Part shown: positions 28,990-38,969 of the stretch, piece after piece
How positions within the stretch are numbered: position 1 is the first letter of the stretch
Layout: each line of letters starts with the position of its first letter
Origin: a phage
DNA length: 64,000 nucleotides
Strand: one strand, 5' to 3'
Sequence record: PZ445534.1
Program-made: the position numbers and the translations under genes
Notes under the pieces: model-generated
Database searches by the model: none
Told to the model about the DNA's origin: nothing
What the model saw: only the letters and a program-made list of their open reading frames with translations

Positions 28990-29121
28990 GATAGTCTACC
29001 TCTCTGTATGTTTTTAAATAGTGAGTGATGAGTTCTGGTAATTCACTACGTTTAACGTTTGAACGAAGAAGTGTCCAGTCAAAACCCTTACCAACCCTTC
29101 CCCAGAGACTGTACATTTTCT

Positions 29122-29355
29122 TCATAGCAACTCCAGAATATCAATACGTTCGCCTTTGAGTACTCCAGTACGGTCTTTTGCAATCTTACCGTCAACGATA
29201 AGGATGTGTGTAGACCTTAAAGCGTCGTTGTTAAAGGTTTTTACGAACTTGCTAGGCATGACTACAATGGACATCTCCTGAATTAACTCTGGAGTGTAGC
29301 AGTTATCATGAAGTTGCTGAATAACGTCTGCAAGTGTCATTTTTGATGTCTCCAA
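29122..29355 (-). CDS. hypothetical protein
   Basis: 77 aa ORF. Confidence 0.3.
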   Translation of the reverse strand: METSKMTLADVIQQLHDNCYTPELIQEMSIVVMPSKFVKTFNNDALRSTHILIVDGKIAKDRTGVLKGERIDILELL

Positions 29356-29546
29356 TATTCAATATCTACAAGTTCTTGTGCAATGCTTTTCAGATTACCT
29401 TTCAAGAAAACCTTCTCAGAACCTGAAAGAGATGAATTGTCAATTAACCTGTTCATTCTCTCAAACAACTTCTGCTTACGATTTTTGATAGTCTCCTTTG
29501 AAGCACCTTTCATCATCGCTGCATGGGTTCTTCCACGATGGCTCAT
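29337..29546 (-). CDS. hypothetical basic protein
   Basis: 69 aa ORF. Confidence 0.3.
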   Translation of the reverse strand: MSHRGRTHAAMMKGASKETIKNRKQKLFERMNRLIDNSSLSGSEKVFLKGNLKSIAQELVDIEYWRHQK

Positions 29547-29597
29547 AAGCCCTCCTATATAAGATATAGTATAAGGTACTCTTCCATGAGCACCTTG

Positions 29598-30131
29598 TCA
29601 ACTTAGTTTTGCAAACTCTCCGTGGAGTTTAATAGCAGCTTCACAGTAAGCTTTATGGGCTTCTTCAGGTGTGTCATGGTGACCTAAAAACATCTTCTTA
29701 CCTTTATAACTTATCTGTGCGACCCACTTACCAGACTTCTTCTTAAGACTTACACCCTTGTACCCAGATTTATTGGTGACCGGTTTACCTTTATTCCAAG
29801 CACTTTGAAAATCATCTGCTTCCCTTAAGTTTACAATCCTGTTGTCAAGTGAGTCTCCGTTGATATGGTCAATGATACCTTTTGGCATCTTGCCATACAC
29901 GTAAAGCCATGCGAGTCTGTGTGCTTTATGTGCTTTCTTGTCAAAATAGATACTAACCTGTTTATGACCACTTGAATCAGTCTGGATATTACCTGCCACC
30001 TTTCCTGCATAATTACTGTTAAAAACACTAACAGCTCTTGATTTACCTTCTCTACGAAGCCAAGTAAAGACCCCTGTTTCGGGGTCATAGTGCAGCAGCT
30101 CCTTTAAACGTTTTTGTAAAATTAAATCCAT
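29598..30131 (-). CDS. free-standing HNH homing endonuclease with AP2-type DNA-binding domain
   Basis: 177 aa; HNH motif IDHINGDSLDNRIVNLR; AP2-like YKGVS...GKWVAQI...GHHDTPEEAHKAY; immediately downstream of split polymerase. Confidence 0.8.
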   Translation of the reverse strand: MDLILQKRLKELLHYDPETGVFTWLRREGKSRAVSVFNSNYAGKVAGNIQTDSSGHKQVSIYFDKKAHKAHRLAWLYVYGKMPKGIIDHINGDSLDNRIVNLREADDFQSAWNKGKPVTNKSGYKGVSLKKKSGKWVAQISYKGKKMFLGHHDTPEEAHKAYCEAAIKLHGEFAKLS

Positions 30132-30134
30132 TAA

Positions 30135-30689
30135 TCAATGTACCTCATACCAGCTCTTACCAACCTTTGCTGTACCAGTTACAAGTGTTTCTTTCCTCAA
30201 ACCTAAGTTTTTTGAAGCTTGTCCATACATCCAGTCAGCAATTGCTTTCATATCATGTGTCATACCCTCTGGACATTCCCAACTATTTTCATCGTGATAT
30301 GCCAGAAGTAACCTTGCTCCGATAGCTGGTTTTCGAGCATTCAGTTTTGTCAGGCCATCTTCACAGGCTTTTCTTGCTGCTAGGTTGATGGCCTCATTCT
30401 GAATCTGTGCTTCCGAACTCATCAGGAGGTAGTTCAGTAGTTTATGTGGAGATTTGCACCATATCCATGCTCCAGCGACCCTGATATAACCACCTTTAGC
30501 AATTGAAGAATTCTTCCCAAAAACCTCTTCCAGAGCCTTTTTAGACGCCTTAAAATCGGCTTCTAAGCTATCAAGTAACTTCTTAATCTTTGGCAGACGC
30601 ATATAGTAAGTTTGTTTAGTCAATGCACCTTCTTCCGTAGATGATGCCTTGATAGTTTTTGCAAACTTCTCGTCTCCAGCCCCGAACAA
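30135..30689 (-). CDS. DNA polymerase (family A) 3' exon / C-terminal part; ORF-track start is an in-frame TTG, true exon start is the intron 3' splice site
   Basis: Contains motif-B continuation LFGAGDEK (T7 gp5 has YGAGDEK) and motif C LLLAYHDE. Confidence 0.75.
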   Translation of the reverse strand: MFGAGDEKFAKTIKASSTEEGALTKQTYYMRLPKIKKLLDSLEADFKASKKALEEVFGKNSSIAKGGYIRVAGAWIWCKSPHKLLNYLLMSSEAQIQNEAINLAARKACEDGLTKLNARKPAIGARLLLAYHDENSWECPEGMTHDMKAIADWMYGQASKNLGLRKETLVTGTAKVGKSWYEVH

Positions 30690-30962
30690 TACATCTGGTC
30701 AATACACTCGCAAGGTGTACCAGTTCTCTTATGAACTTCTCCGCATTTCTACGGAGTGTCGGACTATATCACGTAGCAGTGGTGCTACCGTTGCACTTGG
30801 GATGGTCATTAGCTTACCACCCTACTCTACTCAGTTCATACGTTAAGTATGCTTTTCGATAGTCTCTGAACGTTCCTCTTAAGAGGCTTCGCTGCTGATT
30901 ACCATATCTTTACAGACTTAGGCTTCCAGCAATTCACAACGTTTTACATGCGCCACTGACGC
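30687..30962 (-). ncRNA. putative ORF-less group I self-splicing intron in DNA polymerase gene (boundaries approximate, +/-10 nt)
   Basis: Separates polymerase motif A/B from motif C; minus strand carries group I P7-like elements AGACTATCG and GATATAGTCCGAC; in-frame TAA just inside 5' end. Confidence 0.6.
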
Positions 30963-33131
30963 ATAAATGCCATTTTTGGCTTTCTTACGACCTTTTGTAA
31001 TCTCGTGGAGAAGTTCCTCATCCTGTGTCTCCCTACAACGAACAATGTCTTCTTCCTTGTTCAGACCAAAGTAAATACTATTCAGTGTATGTGCATCAGT
31101 ACCTGTGTAGACTTCATAGAGGTCATTCTCAGCATCATAACGCAGATACTTGTCAGTTTCTGGGTTAAGATACTTGTCAAGATGCTTGCAGTAGTATCTA
31201 CCATCATCTTGCTTAGTGAACTCAACTGACTCTTTACCCTCAGTTACCGCTTTAGTGAAGTCTTCATCACCCATAAAGTTACAAAGAAGAACTAGCTGGG
31301 CTGAGTTTTGGTCTACAGAGACAACGTTAGTACCTTCTTCACAAATCCACACCTCCCTCATAGGTGCTCCATAGACAGCAGCACCAGACGGTACGTTTAC
31401 AATACCATATTGTGTCATACGTCCAGTTGAAGTACCAAACACCATTGCACCAGCACTAAGGCGACCATCAGGACGAATCTGGTTCAACCAACCTTTTTCA
31501 TCATCTTTTGAGTTCTCAATAGTTCTACGTCGGTGCATCAAAGTATAGTACTTAGCAATCTTCTGTCCAAGCTCACCTTCAATCGTATCATAAGATGATT
31601 CAGTAAGTTTTGGTGAAGTACGGATTAAGCAAGGCTCAAGCAAATCTGTGTATTTCTTCACAGACCAGTTATGCTCAATGTACTGGACACCTTCATGCTC
31701 AACATAGCTCAAACCACACCGCTCAACCATTTCCTGCCACTTAGGATGCTTTGTAATCATCTTTTTATTGTCTTTGAAACGACAAACTTTGATAGGGCGA
31801 CCATCTGAGTCTTTCTTGTAATTCCAGTCATCTGGAATCCAACCAACTGATTTCAAGTAGTCTTTAACAACTGCTACCTGAGTCATACGAGAAACTTCAA
31901 ACTCAATTGGTGTATATGGTGCATCAATCAAACCTGTGTAGCGACTTGACTCAAGTTCAAAGTGGTTAACAACGTGGCTGTTATAGTACTTCACAGTTTT
32001 GACTGTTTTTACTGGCTTCCAGTCTTTGCATTTCTTACCAATCTTTGCGTTCAACTCATTGCAAATTGCACGAGCATCCTTCATTGCTACAAAACCTTCC
32101 TTGTACTCTTCACCAGTTACAGAGTTGGTTGGTGTATAGCAATTCCTTTTTTCAATGTTAAAAATCTTTGTAGTTGGCTTACCAAATGGTTTGATTTCGT
32201 ATGTCTGCATCTCACCATTACGTACCTGCTGACGATACTTTGTCTTAGGGTACTTGGTAATTCTTTTCAGTCCATCTGCATGACCAAATGTTTCAACATA
32301 CTCATTCCAAGCTTTTGCAAACTCTTCTCCAGTGACTTTACCTTTGGTCTTAATAGTTGGAGGAAGATGTGGTTCAACCTCTGAAGCAAGCTCATTAGTC
32401 AACTTGTCAAGTTCCTTTACATGGAACTCCATAAGCTCTTTATCAGCTTTCCAACCATTAATAGCTTGTTGACTCATCCAGAAAGATGTTTCTTTAGCTC
32501 GCATGTAGGTTTCATAAGTGTCTATGCCACACTTCTTAAGCTTGAGATACTCATTATCAAGTGCCCGTTTAGTTTTGGCGTTAATACGGATATCTTCTAC
32601 AACACGAGTGAAGATTTCTGCATTCCACACACCCCAATGTTCAATCTCTGGTTTACGAACACCAACACGAGCACCCCATGCAGCCAAGCCATGAGCACCT
32701 TTATAACCCTTTGGAGTTGGTCTATCCATCCACTGAACACGAGACTGGATAAGAGAATCCTGAAAGAAATTACTCCACGGCTTACACTTTGGATTATCAA
32801 AGTTCCATAAATCCGGTGCAATGTGATTGAAAACCCACCAGTCATAACCTAGACCATTATGAATGCAAAGACGTTTTGCCTTTAACGCAAACTCAACACC
32901 TTCACGTAAGCCACCCTTAATGTACTTGGTATACTTGTGACCGAGGATAGGCTCATCTGTAAAGACCCATACAGGCGGCTCTTTATCGTCAGATTTATAG
33001 TCTGCGAAAGCCATTACGTGCACTTTAGTGAACTCAAGGAGTAAACCATCAGTTTCTGTATCACCAACTAAATGTAAGTTTTTAAAATCTACGTTTTCCA
33101 TTTTTACTCCCTCTAAAATCATTAACCTCAT
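30918..33131 (-). CDS. DNA polymerase (family A) 5' exon: 3'-5' exonuclease domain and N-terminal polymerase domain; last ~14 codons of ORF are intron read-through
   Basis: Exo I motif DTETDGL; motif A VDQNSAQLVLL (cf. DYSQIELR); motif B start RKKAKNGIY. Confidence 0.8.
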   Translation of the reverse strand: MRLMILEGVKMENVDFKNLHLVGDTETDGLLLEFTKVHVMAFADYKSDDKEPPVWVFTDEPILGHKYTKYIKGGLREGVEFALKAKRLCIHNGLGYDWWVFNHIAPDLWNFDNPKCKPWSNFFQDSLIQSRVQWMDRPTPKGYKGAHGLAAWGARVGVRKPEIEHWGVWNAEIFTRVVEDIRINAKTKRALDNEYLKLKKCGIDTYETYMRAKETSFWMSQQAINGWKADKELMEFHVKELDKLTNELASEVEPHLPPTIKTKGKVTGEEFAKAWNEYVETFGHADGLKRITKYPKTKYRQQVRNGEMQTYEIKPFGKPTTKIFNIEKRNCYTPTNSVTGEEYKEGFVAMKDARAICNELNAKIGKKCKDWKPVKTVKTVKYYNSHVVNHFELESSRYTGLIDAPYTPIEFEVSRMTQVAVVKDYLKSVGWIPDDWNYKKDSDGRPIKVCRFKDNKKMITKHPKWQEMVERCGLSYVEHEGVQYIEHNWSVKKYTDLLEPCLIRTSPKLTESSYDTIEGELGQKIAKYYTLMHRRRTIENSKDDEKGWLNQIRPDGRLSAGAMVFGTSTGRMTQYGIVNVPSGAAVYGAPMREVWICEEGTNVVSVDQNSAQLVLLCNFMGDEDFTKAVTEGKESVEFTKQDDGRYYCKHLDKYLNPETDKYLRYDAENDLYEVYTGTDAHTLNSIYFGLNKEEDIVRCRETQDEELLHEITKGRKKAKNGIYASVAHVKRCELLEA

Positions 33132-33161
33132 ACATTACTGCAAAAAATTATAAAAAGCAAG

Positions 33162-33190
33162 TTGACAATGCACTTGACAAGGTGTTAATC
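33162..33190 (+). promoter_or_regulatory. candidate promoter region with tandem TTGACA hexamers in divergent intergenic region
   Basis: TTGACA at 33162 and 33174 in AT-rich 227 bp region between divergent polymerase and rightward operon; -10 element weak. Confidence 0.25.
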
Positions 33191-33358
33191 TTTGCGAAGT
33201 GGGTTTTTACTTAAAAGGTTACTTAACAGTTTAACTATACAGATACTTTAAAACTCTTAAAAGATTATTTAATAGCTTTTAAAAAGCTTTAAAATATAAC
33301 GTATAGAATACGTTAAGATAAAAGATTAAAACTTAATAGTTACTTAAAAGAGGCTTAC

Positions 33359-33781
33359 ATGCAGAAAATGTTTGTTCACCCAGACATAGCTGACTTTGTT
33401 AGAGCTTTGCAGAAGTTGGAAGAACTTGACATTGCTGCTCAACGGGAATATGCTCACCATCACAGGAGAATGGTTGATATACAACATGAAATAGAGTTGT
33501 CTGAAAACTATGAAGATGACTTAAAATGCTCTGTATTTGAGCATATGAAAGATGTTGCTACAGCTAGACGTAAAGCTAAAGACACAGTTGCTTTACTAGA
33601 TTCTCTTAAAAAGAGGTTGCAAAGTGGTACAGACCTGTGTAATCTAGCGTCACTGATTAACGATGTTGAAACTTCTTGGGATAGGCACTATTATCCACGT
33701 TCTGAAAAGACACTTGACTTTTCTTCATCAGAAAACTTAAAATGTTCTAGAAAGAAACTTAACCAACTGAGAGAGAAATAA
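33359..33781 (+). CDS. hypothetical protein
   Basis: 140 aa ORF, first gene of rightward operon. Confidence 0.4.
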   Translation: MQKMFVHPDIADFVRALQKLEELDIAAQREYAHHHRRMVDIQHEIELSENYEDDLKCSVFEHMKDVATARRKAKDTVALLDSLKKRLQSGTDLCNLASLINDVETSWDRHYYPRSEKTLDFSSSENLKCSRKKLNQLREK

Positions 33782-33782
33782 T

Positions 33783-34583
33783 ATGAATATCGATGTAGAA
33801 AAGATGCTTGAAGAGAAAGGTATTGATGAAGCATTTTTAATCAATGCCGTAGAAAGCATGGCTATGATTCTTCGTGGCAACAACTACACAGAAAAGTTTA
33901 TGCCTGCAAGCTATAACTTGCCTGAAGACAAGTCTGATAACGGTGCTTTTGCAGAACAGGTTAATATGATGTTGACAGACACTACACTTGCTCTGGCATC
34001 TATTGCGGTTGGTGTTGATGCACTTGCTGAGTTCATTTTTTATGAAATGCAAAAGAATGACTATATCAGGATGTCAGACGAAGATAAGGAACTGTTGCTG
34101 ACTAAGGACACTGATTTCATTATTGATACGCTTATCTCATCAACGAGTGCTGTTATGGCTGTTCTTGAGAAGCGTATGGAAGAGAAACTTTCACGATATG
34201 AAAAACTTGATTGGGGCGTAGAAGAATTAAACCCACGAATCAAAGAGATTATCCAGCAAACTAAAGAGTCTTTGGAAGAAGCTGTTGAAAATGACTCTGT
34301 AGCTGACATTGAACCACTTCAGGTGAAAGTTGCACTGATGATTCCAGCTATATCTACGATGATGAATATCGTTGCACTAATCCAACTGTCACAGATGATG
34401 GGTGTGAGTATTGAGTTCATTGAGGAAATGACTGGTGGCGTTAGTATGCAAGCAATCAATGATGTTTTGGTGAACATTGGTGCTTCAATCATTGAAGAGA
34501 AACTACGCATTAACTTCGGTGATGATTTTGTGAAGCAAATCTCAGCTATGGCTGAAAAAGAGTCTGCTGAGCAACTGCACTAA
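33783..34583 (+). CDS. hypothetical acidic protein
   Basis: 266 aa ORF. Confidence 0.4.
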   Translation: MNIDVEKMLEEKGIDEAFLINAVESMAMILRGNNYTEKFMPASYNLPEDKSDNGAFAEQVNMMLTDTTLALASIAVGVDALAEFIFYEMQKNDYIRMSDEDKELLLTKDTDFIIDTLISSTSAVMAVLEKRMEEKLSRYEKLDWGVEELNPRIKEIIQQTKESLEEAVENDSVADIEPLQVKVALMIPAISTMMNIVALIQLSQMMGVSIEFIEEMTGGVSMQAINDVLVNIGASIIEEKLRINFGDDFVKQISAMAEKESAEQLH

Positions 34584-34602
34584 GTCTTTATAAATCTTAC
34601 AA

Positions 34603-34626
34603 GCCTCCTTAGTTGGGGGCTTTTTA
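34603..34626 (+). terminator. rho-independent terminator
   Basis: GCCTCC-ttagtt-GGGGGC hairpin + TTTTT. Confidence 0.45.
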
Positions 34627-34644
34627 GTAATTAAGGGAGATAAA

Positions 34645-35388
34645 ATGAGTAATATTATCGCATTTACTGGAAAGGCACGTTCTGGAAAAGACACCTCATG
34701 TTCTATTGTGAAGAACATCTTAGAGGATGAGTATGGCTACAATGTTGCTGTAATGGCCTTTGCAGACAACCTTAAACTATCTGCATCAAAGATATTTGAC
34801 TTGACTTGGAATGACCTGTACGGTGAAACTAAAGAGACTCCGCAGGTATTTGACTTATCATATCATGAACTGATGTTTAAAGTTACGGAAGCTATGGAGT
34901 TCACCTTCAGGGATGAACGTTACCATATGGACTTCAAGCTTATGTCAGAGTTAACCGGACGATTAATCATGGAGCTTAAGAAGGTTGCTAAACCGACTCT
35001 ATTGACACGTCTGGGGTTTAGTAAAAAGTATAAATTCTCATCAAGACAAATTCAACAGATTTGGGGTACTGAAGTTGTCCGTAAAGTAATGGGCGACAAG
35101 TTCTGGTCTAAAGACCTTGAAAAAAGAATGGTTAGATTCCATGAAATGTGCTCACTTAGAAACCAATATGGTTTTGTCTTAATCAGTGATTTAAGATTTG
35201 ACTCTGAAGCTGAATGGCTGAGTAGATTTGCACACCAAACTATTGAAGTAAAAAGAGACAATGTGGACAAAGTTTCATCACATGTTTCAGAAAATGGGAT
35301 TTCTACAAAATATGAGCGTGACATTATTCATAATAATGGTACTCTTGCAGACCTTGAGAACAAGCTAAGAGCCATCATTAAAGTTTAA
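34645..35388 (+). CDS. deoxynucleoside monophosphate kinase (T4 gp1-like)
   Basis: 247 aa; P-loop FTGKARSGKDT; resembles T4 gene 1 product as recalled. Confidence 0.65.
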   Translation: MSNIIAFTGKARSGKDTSCSIVKNILEDEYGYNVAVMAFADNLKLSASKIFDLTWNDLYGETKETPQVFDLSYHELMFKVTEAMEFTFRDERYHMDFKLMSELTGRLIMELKKVAKPTLLTRLGFSKKYKFSSRQIQQIWGTEVVRKVMGDKFWSKDLEKRMVRFHEMCSLRNQYGFVLISDLRFDSEAEWLSRFAHQTIEVKRDNVDKVSSHVSENGISTKYERDIIHNNGTLADLENKLRAIIKV

Positions 35389-35396
35389 AAGAGAGA

Positions 35397-35597
35397 ATGA
35401 AGATGAGAGTAAAAGACAATTTTAAAGTTATTGACCACCGTTTAGTGGAACTCTCATCTCTTTCCAATGAGGTAATGATTGAACGTCTTAAGAGAGTTGA
35501 ATCACGAAGGAAAGAGATTGCAGATGAAATTCATGAACTGGACAAGATTGAAAATGGATTGAAGGCAGAACTACAACGAAGAGGTGCTAATGTCTAA
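35397..35597 (+). CDS. hypothetical coiled-coil protein
   Basis: 66 aa ORF. Confidence 0.3.
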   Translation: MKMRVKDNFKVIDHRLVELSSLSNEVMIERLKRVESRRKEIADEIHELDKIENGLKAELQRRGANV

Positions 35598-37575
35598 AGG
35601 TCGTAAATTGAAAGAGGCTGGTCAGTTTGTTGGTCATTGCGCATGTCCACGTTGTGGTTCATCAGATGCTGGTTCAATCTATCATCATGACGATGATTCT
35701 TATTCAATGACTTGCTTTAGTTGTAACAAAGGTTTCCCAGAGTGGGATTTTGATAAAGGACAAATCGTGAGCACTTATTCTACTGGTTCAGACAATAAAA
35801 ACCGTACTTTCCGTGGAATGGATTTAGACGATGTAAAAGAAAACCTTGAAGCAATGGACTTAAAGGATAGGAAGATTCCTGCAAAAGTCCTTGAACGCTT
35901 AGGTATCAAGGTTGACATTGACAGTGACGGTGAAATTGATGCGCACTTCTATCCAACTTACAAACGTAATGAAGATGGTAAGCTAGAACATGTTGGCTAC
36001 CGTGTTCGTCACCGTTACCCAGAAGACCATCCAAAAGAGCACCTACGTGGTAAGCTAAAAGACTTTTCTGGTGGTGTTGGAGACATTAAAGGTGAACTAG
36101 CAATGTTCGGTTCATGGATTGCTCCAGAAGGTGGTAACCGTCTATTCATCTGGGAAGGTGAGATGGAATGTGCGACAGCAATCTATATGACTTCTCTTGC
36201 GATTAAGGACAAGTCTCGTCGTAAGAATTACTGTCACGTATCTGTTCCATCAGGTGCAAACATTAAGTCTATCAAAGACAACTATCAGTACATCACATCA
36301 TTTGATGAGATTTACTTGTGCTTTGATAACGATGAAGCAGGTGCTAAAGCTACCAAAGAGGCTGCTGGTATCCTACCTATTGAGAAGGTTCGCTTATTCC
36401 AGTATCCAGAAGGCGTAAAAGACCTTAACGAGTGGTGGACAAAGTTCTATAAAGAGAAAGATACAGTTCTGGAAGGATTTAAGCAGCGTATCTACAATGC
36501 ACCTCGTTACTGTCCTGCTGGTATCAAGAACTTTGCAGATGGTTTTGAGGCAATGAAGAATCGTGGTCAGATTCCATTGATTCCTTTCCCAGAATCTTTC
36601 GGAGATTTGAACAGGCTGACTTATGGTGGTTATGGTCTAGGTGAGATTACAACTATTGCAGCCCCATCTTCAGTAGGTAAGTCAGCTTACACTCGTGAGA
36701 TGATTTACTCAGCTTGGAAAGAAACTGATTATAATATCGGTGTAATTCCTGTAGAAGATACCTATGAAGAGTTGATGGAGATGCTCTGTGCAATCCACTT
36801 AAGCAAGCAGATTTCTGAGATTCCTTATGATGAACGAGATTGGGATGAATTAAAGGGAGCACACGCCGAGCTTTCAAAAGGTCGTCGCATCAATATCGTT
36901 GACCATCAAGGGGCAATTGACCAAGATAACCTGCTGGAGTTTGTTGACTATCTTGTTAATAGCTTAGACTGTAAGATTATCATTCTTGACCCTATTACGT
37001 TGGCTCTGTCACGTTCAGATACGGATGAAGAGGAAGTTTTATCTGAGCTATTGCGTCGTTGCAAACGCTACCAGTATGCACAGGTAAACGTCTGTCACGT
37101 TCGTAAGAGTGCAGGTGGTCAGAAAGCTAACTCTGAAGGTGGAGATATCTCTGAAGAGGACATTAAAGGTTCTGGTGCGTATTTCCAGATTTCCATGAAC
37201 AACATTCTGTTAATGCGTAACAAGGTTGACCCAGACCCTGTTAAGAAAAACTTGACAAAAATTAAGTTAACTAAGTGTCGTCGTCATGGCAAGTCAACAG
37301 GTATTGCTGGTCATACTTGGTACAATCCAGACACAGGACGTCTTATCAAAGCTTCTGGATGTGGTGTTGACATTGATGGTGCAGCAGAAAATATTCGTCA
37401 ACAGTTTGGTATTGGTGAAGCCGAAGACCATTATGACGACTCTTTGCCTCATTATGAGGATGAAGTGTTTGACCGTGAGACTGGTGAAGTCTATACTGAA
37501 GAACAGCGTCAAAGCTCAACGATTCCACCTGTATTAAGTGAGGATGCAGATGACTGCCCGTTTGAAACTGAGTGA
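35584..37575 (+). CDS. bifunctional DNA primase-helicase (T7 gp4-like)
   Basis: 663 aa; N-terminal zinc ribbon CPRCG...CFSCN; central primase-like region; helicase Walker A APSSVGKS. Confidence 0.8.
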   Translation: MLMSKGRKLKEAGQFVGHCACPRCGSSDAGSIYHHDDDSYSMTCFSCNKGFPEWDFDKGQIVSTYSTGSDNKNRTFRGMDLDDVKENLEAMDLKDRKIPAKVLERLGIKVDIDSDGEIDAHFYPTYKRNEDGKLEHVGYRVRHRYPEDHPKEHLRGKLKDFSGGVGDIKGELAMFGSWIAPEGGNRLFIWEGEMECATAIYMTSLAIKDKSRRKNYCHVSVPSGANIKSIKDNYQYITSFDEIYLCFDNDEAGAKATKEAAGILPIEKVRLFQYPEGVKDLNEWWTKFYKEKDTVLEGFKQRIYNAPRYCPAGIKNFADGFEAMKNRGQIPLIPFPESFGDLNRLTYGGYGLGEITTIAAPSSVGKSAYTREMIYSAWKETDYNIGVIPVEDTYEELMEMLCAIHLSKQISEIPYDERDWDELKGAHAELSKGRRINIVDHQGAIDQDNLLEFVDYLVNSLDCKIIILDPITLALSRSDTDEEEVLSELLRRCKRYQYAQVNVCHVRKSAGGQKANSEGGDISEEDIKGSGAYFQISMNNILLMRNKVDPDPVKKNLTKIKLTKCRRHGKSTGIAGHTWYNPDTGRLIKASGCGVDIDGAAENIRQQFGIGEAEDHYDDSLPHYEDEVFDRETGEVYTEEQRQSSTIPPVLSEDADDCPFETE

Positions 37576-37984
37576 TAGTTATAAAAGAGAGGGATTCATA
37601 CCCTTCTTTCAAGAAAAAAGTTTAAATGAATTTCAGGAAGAGTGTTTGACAAAGATTGATAGGTTCTATAGAATGCTCTACATGAAATGTGATGGAGGTG
37701 TTGAGGTAGAAGAAAAGTTCCATCATAGTATTATCACAGTCACTATTACTATACCTGAACATAATATTGGTTGGCTGTTTATAATGAAAGAAAATGTGTT
37801 TGAATATCAAGTATATCGGAGAATATCATGAAACACTCTAAAGCATTTGAAAAAGTTTTTGGGGATTCCTTAAAAGCCACTGCTGGAAAACCAGCAAAAT
37901 ACTATGAAGAGAAGCGTGTAAGAACTGGAAAAACTGCACGTAAAGCAGCTTCTAAAGATAAGCACAACTTCCAGTAATTAGTAT

Positions 37985-38013
37985 TTGACAATAGAGTATC
38001 AACAAATTAGAAT
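37985..38013 (+). promoter_or_regulatory. sigma70-like promoter TTGACA-17-TAGAAT upstream of SSB gene
   Basis: TTGACA 37985-37990, 17 nt spacer, TAGAAT 38008-38013. Confidence 0.4.
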
Positions 38014-38049
38014 TGGTACTCTTCATAAATTGAGATAGAGGTTTAAATA

Positions 38050-38907
38050 ATGTCTAAAGTTGTTAAAATGAAAGCTCCGGTAGAGAAGTACAACGGTACT
38101 GAACGTCAAACTCTGCGTTACCTGCTGAAAGATGTCTGGTTTTATTACCTGAACACTTCACCACGTCCGGGAAAAGGTAAGTCTATTGATAAGAAATTCC
38201 CAGGAAAAGATTGTAACTACAGCGTATCAATTCTGGCAGAAGACGGTAACAAACTGTTTAAAGAGTTTACTAAGTCTAAGAAAAATCCAGAAGGCTGGGA
38301 TAAAGTTACTACTGAAGCAGTTGATGCAGATGACTTCGAAGAGAAGTTTGGTTGTAAACCACCTTTTGAAGCAGACACTTACTACATCTTGAAAGTAAGT
38401 CGTGCAGCAGCTTATAAAGATGGTGCTGTATGGACAGCTAAACAGTCATTCCCTGTAATGCTGATTGAAGAAGTAAATGGTAAGCGTGTAGCTGTTAAGC
38501 AGCCGATGAAGAAAATCAAAGCTCAAGCATCTGATAAACATGAAGATGACAAGAACTATGATGTAATTCATCCAGATATTGCAGTTGGCAACGGTTCTTT
38601 TGGTAGTGTGATTCTTTCTACTCACTTCTACACTTTTGAGAACAATGTTCTGACAAAACCTATTCAGGAACAGTTTATCATTGACACTCTTGTACCTTAC
38701 ACTGGTGGTAACGGTGCTAATGGTGAGCCTGAACTGGATGAAGATGAACTGGCTATGCTTGGTCTTGATGGTGTTGAAGATAACGGTGAAATCACTGAAG
38801 AAGACGCAACAGACCATAAACCTTCGAATGCTTCTGATGATGGTGATGATGAAGATTTACCAGACCCAGATGACGAAGAAGATGAAGACTTCGATACAGA
38901 AGACTAA
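38050..38907 (+). CDS. single-stranded DNA-binding protein (T7 gp2.5-like) with acidic C-terminal tail
   Basis: 285 aa; C-terminus DDGDDEDLPDPDDEEDEDFDTED; position between primase-helicase and exonuclease. Confidence 0.55.
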   Translation: MSKVVKMKAPVEKYNGTERQTLRYLLKDVWFYYLNTSPRPGKGKSIDKKFPGKDCNYSVSILAEDGNKLFKEFTKSKKNPEGWDKVTTEAVDADDFEEKFGCKPPFEADTYYILKVSRAAAYKDGAVWTAKQSFPVMLIEEVNGKRVAVKQPMKKIKAQASDKHEDDKNYDVIHPDIAVGNGSFGSVILSTHFYTFENNVLTKPIQEQFIIDTLVPYTGGNGANGEPELDEDELAMLGLDGVEDNGEITEEDATDHKPSNASDDGDDEDLPDPDDEEDEDFDTED

Positions 38908-38926
38908 TCTCTAAAAGTTACTTTAA

Positions 38927-38953
38927 AGCCCTGTACTTAGTATGGGGCTTTTT
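38927..38953 (+). terminator. rho-independent terminator
   Basis: AGCCC...GGGGCT hairpin + TTTTT. Confidence 0.4.
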
Positions 38954-38969
38954 CATATGGAGAGCCATA

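Noticed and set aside
30649-30862. Small plus-strand ORFs within the polymerase intervening region, as possible intron-encoded proteins
   Set aside because: They lie antisense to the intron, are short, have no endonuclease motifs and no RBS; the intron is better described as ORF-less.
30690-30917. Intein or simple intergenic spacer between two polymerase genes
   Set aside because: An intein would be in frame and protein-coding, but this region has stops. A plain spacer would not be expected to carry group I P7-like sequences or to split conserved motif B. A naturally split polymerase cannot be fully excluded without RNA data.
31005-32810. Plus-strand ORFs 31005-31229, 31962-32384 and 32421-32810 antisense to the DNA polymerase
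   Set aside because: Shadow ORFs within a gene carrying clear polymerase motifs on the minus strand.
37538-37831. 97 aa ORF overlapping the 3' end of the primase-helicase gene
   Set aside because: Overlaps a strongly supported gene in another frame and lacks an RBS; a shorter ORF (about 37828-37980) with its own ATG is a more plausible small gene but is below confident calling.
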